This document shows positions 58,747 to 64,000 of a stretch of DNA of 64,000 nt, piece after piece. A program made the position numbers and the translations under genes. The first letter of the stretch is position 1, and each line of letters opens with the position of its first letter. Source of the stretch: a virus (taxonomy: Duplodnaviria > Heunggongvirae > Uroviricota > Caudoviricetes); the IMG/VR virus record IMGVR_UViG_3300015207_000448, one strand, 5' to 3'. Below the pieces are notes generated by a model, which was given only the letters and a program-made list of their open reading frames with translations, was not told the DNA's origin and searched no databases.

Positions 58747-59460
58747 TTAATGAAATGCTGCCACAGCGCGGACGTAGAGGCTGCTCGTGGCCTTAGTGCC
58801 CCAGCCGTTGAGGCTGCCGCCGTACAGGGACAAGCCCCAAGCGTACGTCGCCGAGCCCTCAGTGCTGGTCCAATACCAGCCATCCTTAATGCGGCTACCG
58901 CCGCTAAGTTCGATGGCGGCATTGATTGAACGCTTGTTGAGATAGATGAGATAGAGTTCAGCAACTGAAGGGATCCACTCGTCATCCTCCAGCTCTATGC
59001 CGGTGCCGATAGACTTGATATGCTCAGTGTTTGACTGGCCGTTCCAATCAGCAACAGCATCATCATATTCAGTGATGTAACCGTCATAACCGCCGGGGTC
59101 TTTCTGGTTGGTAAGGGGCTGTTCCGGATAATCCTCCAGATTGACTGCGAGAGCATGGCGACCCATCACTACGCCGATACGCTTTACCGTCTTTGTCGGA
59201 GCATTGCGCTTCTTGTAGTCGAACTTTTCAACTGTGTTATCCTCGTAGATGTAGTACACTCCATCATTCAGAATGGCTTGATGAGAGCCTTCAGTCTGCT
59301 GAATGTCGATTTTGATTTGCTCAACCTCCTTTATCGGAGATTTGATGAAGTCATACACAGCCTGTGCTTCTTCACCGAAGTCACTGAAGAGAGCAAGTTT
59401 CAGCTTCTCATCCATCGGAAGAGAAGCGTAGATGGTTTTTGCGATTTCGTCTGAGATCAT
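58747..59460 (-). CDS. DGR-type target protein 3 with a DUF1566/C-type-lectin-like C-terminus
   Basis: EWIPSVAELYLIYLNK ... DGWYWTSTEGSATYAWGLSLYGGSLNGWGTKATSSLYVRAVAAFH. Confidence 0.7.
   Translation of the reverse strand: MISDEIAKTIYASLPMDEKLKLALFSDFGEEAQAVYDFIKSPIKEVEQIKIDIQQTEGSHQAILNDGVYYIYEDNTVEKFDYKKRNAPTKTVKRIGVVMGRHALAVNLEDYPEQPLTNQKDPGGYDGYITEYDDAVADWNGQSNTEHIKSIGTGIELEDDEWIPSVAELYLIYLNKRSINAAIELSGGSRIKDGWYWTSTEGSATYAWGLSLYGGSLNGWGTKATSSLYVRAVAAFH
58750..58875 (-). repeat. Candidate variable region VR3
   Basis: GC-rich (about 62%) C-terminal segment homologous to VR1 and VR2 at the protein level; boundaries inferred. Confidence 0.45.
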
Positions 59461-59732
59461 ATTTTTATATTTTTGATGATGTGTTACTTACCTTTGCTGA
59501 GGCAGACGGCCAGCTTGTCAAGGTCGTTGGTGCCAAAGTGATTTTTCAATTCCTCTAAGACAGAGGGCTTCTGGTTTTTTAGCAACTGCTTGATAGTAGC
59601 AGGATTGCCACCTCGATATAATTCAAGGCAGTTCGTAGCTTGTGGTGTCATACGTTTTTGGTTGTTATGTTTTTATGGGAATAGTCTCATTGTAGAAGAA
59701 AATTAGAATGAGAACGAGATTTTTAAGAGTTT

Positions 59733-60116
59733 TTAAGGAATAGTCACATCCTGCACCTCATCAGTTTCCGGGATAAGGTCGATGACATATTCCAACTGAC
59801 CGTGTGCTATGCTGGTCAGTTCCTGCTCATCATCTGCCCACCCCTCCTTGGGGAAGCCATAAATGACCAGACAACCAAATTCTTCAATGGCAACGCGAGA
59901 GATATAAAAATCCTCATAAGTATCCATCCATTTGGTAGAAGCGGCGATGATAGGGGCATTGTTCTTTTCCTCTGAGATTTTCTCGTCATCTCCATCATCT
60001 TCATCGGTGTGAATAAACACATATTCATTACCGTGAGCCTTAATTGCTGCTTTAAGCTCTTCACGAGTACAATCGTCAAGATGCTTGTATTGATTGTAAA
60101 AATCGGTATGTCTCAT
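59733..60116 (-). CDS. Acidic hypothetical protein; paralogue of 10986..11579
   Basis: See 10986..11579. Confidence 0.45.
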   Translation of the reverse strand: MRHTDFYNQYKHLDDCTREELKAAIKAHGNEYVFIHTDEDDGDDEKISEEKNNAPIIAASTKWMDTYEDFYISRVAIEEFGCLVIYGFPKEGWADDEQELTSIAHGQLEYVIDLIPETDEVQDVTIP

Positions 60117-60640
60117 TTTTGAAAATCTTTAACTGTAAGTCGTTTGAATTTTGTATCGGCCGGCACGATATGCCAGTGAAGTCTGTTCTGACTATATCCA
60201 CAGTACACGAAAAGGAAATGCTCAATCAGTTCATCTTCCTCATCAGGGATTTCATAGAAGTAGTCGTATTCTTCGTTGTCAATCAACCATTGGGGTAACT
60301 GACAGTGAAGCCACTCTCTCTTCACTTTAATGATTGCGACAACCGGAGTATCAGTATCACAATCAATGATTGCAATGTGGATTTCTTCGTTCATTCGTTT
60401 TTGGAAGGCTTCTCCCCATTCTCCCAGCACCCTTTGATTGACTGGAAGCTGAACCGGGAAGTCGGGATGATATTCGAGGTCAACGGTTTCTTGGAAAGCC
60501 TGACCAATCGCTTCAGCTGTAGGATTACCTGCCTTTCTTTCGCGCTCATAACACTTTTTGAAGTATTTATCAAAAGTGTGACGCCAGGCTATATCAGATT
60601 GAGGGGGTATTGCCATATCACCAACAATTATTTGAAACAA
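60113..60640 (-). CDS. Hypothetical protein
   Basis: ORF track. Confidence 0.35.
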   Translation of the reverse strand: MFQIIVGDMAIPPQSDIAWRHTFDKYFKKCYERERKAGNPTAEAIGQAFQETVDLEYHPDFPVQLPVNQRVLGEWGEAFQKRMNEEIHIAIIDCDTDTPVVAIIKVKREWLHCQLPQWLIDNEEYDYFYEIPDEEDELIEHFLFVYCGYSQNRLHWHIVPADTKFKRLTVKDFQK

Positions 60641-60899
60641 AATCAGCTATTTCACTCGCCTCTCCATATTCCAGCTCATCAGGAATGTAGAAGAAAATCT
60701 CTTCATCAACGGCGGCTGCTTCAGCATTAAGTGGATTGCCTGAAGAGTCTATCAACAATCCTTCAAGGGACTCAACCGATACAGAAACCTCAATGGTTTT
60801 CATATTTTGTGCCGAATCCTCATCGCTTTGGTCAACGATATAGATGTCAAACACTGGATAGTGTTCGCCATTATATTCTATGTATCTATCGGGTATCAT
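60618..60899 (-). CDS. Small acidic protein
   Basis: ORF track. Confidence 0.3.
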   Translation of the reverse strand: MIPDRYIEYNGEHYPVFDIYIVDQSDEDSAQNMKTIEVSVSVESLEGLLIDSSGNPLNAEAAAVDEEIFFYIPDELEYGEASEIADFVSNNCW

Positions 60900-60901
60900 A
60901 A

Positions 60902-61495
60902 TTAAAAGGGTAAAGACTTAGAAGTTTCGCCCATCAGGTCAACTGCAAGACCATTTGGGCAGAGTTTATCAAACCAGTGCCAGATGTCAAAGCGGGATGT
61001 TCCAGCTTCCCAGAAATAGAAAGGGGTTTCAATCTCATCTTCATCATTGATTGGAGTATTAGCGAATTTGCTCCACATCTCCTGAAGTTCCCATAAGTAA
61101 GCGTCCTTTTCAATGCGAGCTTTTATTCTTGCTAATATGTAAGGACTTCTTGGGGCATCTGGATCGAAGAAGCAACCCTCTTCAGAAAAAGTGGGAAGGC
61201 GTTGATTGTCTTTTGCCTCATAATATCTCGTCAACCACCAAGGCTCCATACCAAAAAGGGATTCTTGATATTCTAAGACCACCATAAACTGACGGATTGG
61301 GCAATCGTCATCTTCCATTCGGTAGTAATGCCCATTTGGTCCATCACAATCTCTGCTATAATGACCAGGAACTTTGCAATCAGCAATCCATTCTCCCCAA
61401 TCATTTTGGCGAACCGCAATCACCTTGCCACCCCAAGGAAAGTAACTCAGGGTGTTATTAAACTGCTGTTCCACCAGTTCTTTCGTTATTATCAT
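60902..61495 (-). CDS. Hypothetical protein; its C-terminus is paralogous to 10583..10984
   Basis: FDIWHWFDKLCPNGLAVDLMGE. Confidence 0.45.
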   Translation of the reverse strand: MIITKELVEQQFNNTLSYFPWGGKVIAVRQNDWGEWIADCKVPGHYSRDCDGPNGHYYRMEDDDCPIRQFMVVLEYQESLFGMEPWWLTRYYEAKDNQRLPTFSEEGCFFDPDAPRSPYILARIKARIEKDAYLWELQEMWSKFANTPINDEDEIETPFYFWEAGTSRFDIWHWFDKLCPNGLAVDLMGETSKSLPF

Positions 61496-62199
61496 AATCC
61501 AGGAATTGTTGGCTGGTTGCGCAAAGCCTCCAGACGTTCTTGTTCTTTGAAATAAGCATCAAGCTCTTCTTTAGCCTCATCTGTGGTGGGAACAAGTGTC
61601 ATTGTATCTCTGCTGCAACTCAGTTCTTCATAAATTTGGTCAGCCATACCCCAATCACCATCGCCGGAGATTGACTCCTGAGTTTTGAGGCAATAGAGAT
61701 ACCAAAGAACACACTCCAGATAATTGGTGTTATCTGGGTCGATAATGGCACCGAACCAATCTTCTATATCGTTGCTCATCCAGCTCCAGAAACCGGGGCG
61801 ATCAGAATGATTTTCTTTGATGATTTTTGCAAGTTCAACACGAATGTCAAGCTCGCTCATCAGAGAGATAATCTTTCGAGTGTACTCATCCCAGTCACCA
61901 ACCTCTACATAGCAGATTACTTGGTCGTTTGTGAAATTATATTCTCTGGGAGATTCTACGGACTCTTTGGTAAGCTCCATTTTGAGTCCGAGCTTGTCAT
62001 TCAGTTCACTTACATACATTTCAGCGAACTCTTTTGCAACCTCAGAACGATAATCTTCAGGCAACTCCCAATCTGAGAGATGCTTGAAGTCGGGATATTG
62101 CTCTTCCAGTCTTTCCCGACCGTCATACTCGACATATTCTTCCCCGAACATACTGCCGTAAAATCCGGGAAAGCTCTTAACAGCTATTGAAGTTTGCAT
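61492..62199 (-). CDS. Acidic hypothetical protein; paralogue of 8901..9767
   Basis: See 8901..9767. Confidence 0.5.
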   Translation of the reverse strand: MQTSIAVKSFPGFYGSMFGEEYVEYDGRERLEEQYPDFKHLSDWELPEDYRSEVAKEFAEMYVSELNDKLGLKMELTKESVESPREYNFTNDQVICYVEVGDWDEYTRKIISLMSELDIRVELAKIIKENHSDRPGFWSWMSNDIEDWFGAIIDPDNTNYLECVLWYLYCLKTQESISGDGDWGMADQIYEELSCSRDTMTLVPTTDEAKEELDAYFKEQERLEALRNQPTIPGL

Positions 62200-62210
62200 A
62201 GTGATATGGA

Positions 62211-62672
62211 TTATTTCTTTTCTCCCAGCTCACGCTTTGCGATTTCATTGGTGGTGTACCAATCCACGTAGCTCCAGCCGGTTCCGAAATGTGTGACACA
62301 GAGGATATAGCAATCAAGGAGGTCACTGTAAGTAAAAATCAGACCAAAAGCATTGGTGAGATATTCCACATCAAATTTGGAGCAATCAGTTATGTACCAC
62401 TGATAGATTTCCACCGGCTCATCGCAATATCCACATTCAGGACATTCCATATTGGGACCATACTGCGATAGCTCTGCACCACATTCAGGACACTTGGGTT
62501 TTATTTCCTCGCCCTCTTCATCATATTCTGGCTCATACTCCAGATTTACAATAGGTTCAAAGTTATCCCATATTGAATCATCAATGTTAGGGATATTGTT
62601 GCAGAGAACCAGTGCATTGTTGCACCAGCTCACCGCAACCGCGAAGTTGGTATGATATAATTCCTTTTTCAT
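62211..62672 (-). CDS. Hypothetical protein with zinc-ribbon pairs
   Basis: CPECGAEL ... CPECGYC. Confidence 0.35.
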   Translation of the reverse strand: MKKELYHTNFAVAVSWCNNALVLCNNIPNIDDSIWDNFEPIVNLEYEPEYDEEGEEIKPKCPECGAELSQYGPNMECPECGYCDEPVEIYQWYITDCSKFDVEYLTNAFGLIFTYSDLLDCYILCVTHFGTGWSYVDWYTTNEIAKRELGEKK

Positions 62673-63274
62673 TGTTCTTCAGATTTTTTGTGAACTCTCA
62701 TCATTTCATCACGGAACTGTTCTTTGGTCGGGAAATCTGTGAGATTTTCGTGACCGTTATCATCTTCAAAAAGAGCTTCCATAAGGTCGGATGCACCATA
62801 CTCTTTCAGAAGATGATCGTATATTCGCTCACCTATCCAGTCAGGATAATCAGGAGCGTTTTGAGCTTCTTCCTCTTCCGCTTCAGTTGAGGCGAAATCA
62901 AGATAATCGCCACCAAAGCAATTCTCATAGAGATAGACGATAGCATCAGTGCCTTCTCGTTCTTTGACAGTCTGGAGGAATGAGGCAAACCACTCTTCAA
63001 CATATTCTTCCAAATCATCATCATCGAGATAATTGGGGTCGTGCTGGCGGTCAAAATCCTCTTCATCTTCGTAGCCGAGATGTTGGGCGATTGTATCGAA
63101 ATCGAACCAGAACATATCGTTGATAGCGGTGTCAGTCCACCCGTCAGCCGGCTCAATTTCTTCGAGAAATTCCTCTATGCGGTCAAGTTCATCAGCAGTG
63201 CAATTATCAGCTCTGTCCTTACCTCCGCTCCAAAATTTGAAGTTCCGGAGACTTTCTTCAACTGTATATTTCAT
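62669..63274 (-). CDS. Highly acidic hypothetical protein; paralogue of 7277..7852
   Basis: See 7277..7852. Confidence 0.5.
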   Translation of the reverse strand: MKYTVEESLRNFKFWSGGKDRADNCTADELDRIEEFLEEIEPADGWTDTAINDMFWFDFDTIAQHLGYEDEEDFDRQHDPNYLDDDDLEEYVEEWFASFLQTVKEREGTDAIVYLYENCFGGDYLDFASTEAEEEEAQNAPDYPDWIGERIYDHLLKEYGASDLMEALFEDDNGHENLTDFPTKEQFRDEMMRVHKKSEEQ

Positions 63275-63279
63275 TATAT

Positions 63280-63561
63280 TTAGGGGATATTTGATAAATT
63301 ATCTCTTTCATAATCCTCTGGCTCACCGTCATTAATGGACCGATAAAAATGATCTCCCTCGATATAACTCATCAATGTCATATAGACATAAAACCAATCC
63401 TCTACGGTCAGAGAATCAATATTTGGAATATCTTTGGCAATCAGTGCCCCCAAAAGATCCCCAATACAAACATCATCGTTATGATAGATATGATAAATAT
63501 ATTCTACCACTTTCTGAGCTTCTTTAGAAAGCGTTTGATATAATTTATTATTACTAATCAT
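63280..63561 (-). CDS. Hypothetical protein
   Basis: ORF track. Confidence 0.3.
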   Translation of the reverse strand: MISNNKLYQTLSKEAQKVVEYIYHIYHNDDVCIGDLLGALIAKDIPNIDSLTVEDWFYVYMTLMSYIEGDHFYRSINDGEPEDYERDNLSNIP

Positions 63562-63566
63562 AGATT

Positions 63567-63896
63567 TTATTTTAATTGGTGGTTATTATGCCAATCTATT
63601 TCAGTTTCAGTAGCTTCTCGATAAAGCATAAAACACCCGCCCAAATTTGAATTATATAAGAGAGTGTAAATGCCATTCTTATCAGCATAAGACGTGTCGC
63701 CTATCTTGCCAATCATCGGCTCTTCTTCAGAAAGCTCATTTTCTTCATCATCCCAATCACTGAGATAGTCAATGACTGGTTGAGAATTACCTTCGCAATA
63801 GTATAGGCTAATACCTGAGAACACAGCCTCAATGCGATTATAGTCATCATCTGCGCTTTGCACAAATCTGACAATGGAATATATTTTGTTTTTCAT
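63567..63896 (-). CDS. Acidic hypothetical protein
   Basis: ORF track. Confidence 0.3.
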   Translation of the reverse strand: MKNKIYSIVRFVQSADDDYNRIEAVFSGISLYYCEGNSQPVIDYLSDWDDEENELSEEEPMIGKIGDTSYADKNGIYTLLYNSNLGGCFMLYREATETEIDWHNNHQLK

Positions 63897-64000
63897 TTTG
63901 TGGCGAAATAATAATTTCCATCAATTTTGAATATCCACCAGAAACTCTCGTGATACCGATATGCTTTCTTTCCATTGATGCTGAGTTCAATCCAATCTAC

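Noticed and set aside
4316-63896. Inverted-duplication pattern as a chimeric or foldback assembly artefact
   Set aside because: Paralogue pairs are only 40-80% identical at the protein level and their gene content differs (PcfJ/K and the SPASM radical SAM only on the right; RtcB and NadM only on the left). An artefact would give near-identical arms.
1-64000. CRISPR array
   Set aside because: No regularly spaced direct repeats with unique spacers were seen. The only repeat array (100-445) is palindromic and degenerate, with variable spacing.

Overview
This window looks like part of a Bacteroidales-type mobile element (GC about 42%), either a phage or a phage-plasmid-like element, rather than core chromosome. 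It is densely packed with short genes on overlapping reading frames and contains no recognisable capsid, portal, terminase or tail genes. It is organised as two divergent, paralogous arms that mirror each other: genes at about 4-34 kb on the plus strand have counterparts at about 63-37 kb on the minus strand, arranged around a central tyrosine integrase and an HU gene. Each arm carries a diversity-generating-retroelement-like cassette: a DUF1566/C-type-lectin target gene with a C-terminal variable region, and a group-II/DGR-type reverse transcriptase with a YxDD active site (RT1 at 13183-14442; RT2 at 54554-55828). There are three targets in total, and each RT is followed by an unusually large, hairpin-dense noncoding region of 1.35 kb and 0.85 kb. 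No template repeat could be found by eye, so the variable-region/template-repeat relationship is atypical or the template lies outside the window. The centre of the element holds a cluster of five intact tRNAs plus tRNA-like fragments, an RtcB RNA ligase, an RlmN/Cfr-like radical SAM protein, a NadM-type NMN adenylyltransferase, two DUF2829 (Tad2-like) proteins, two RNase H genes with conserved partners, HNH-like endonucleases, and a ParA-like ATPase. Many very acidic small proteins that resemble DNA mimics are also present, as are PcfJ/PcfK-like proteins, and the left end carries an array of palindromic repeats that looks like iterons. Taken together this reads as an anti-defence-loaded accessory region built around duplicated retroelement modules. 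Coordinates for CDS come from the ORF track. Coordinates for non-coding features are approximate, within about 2 nt.
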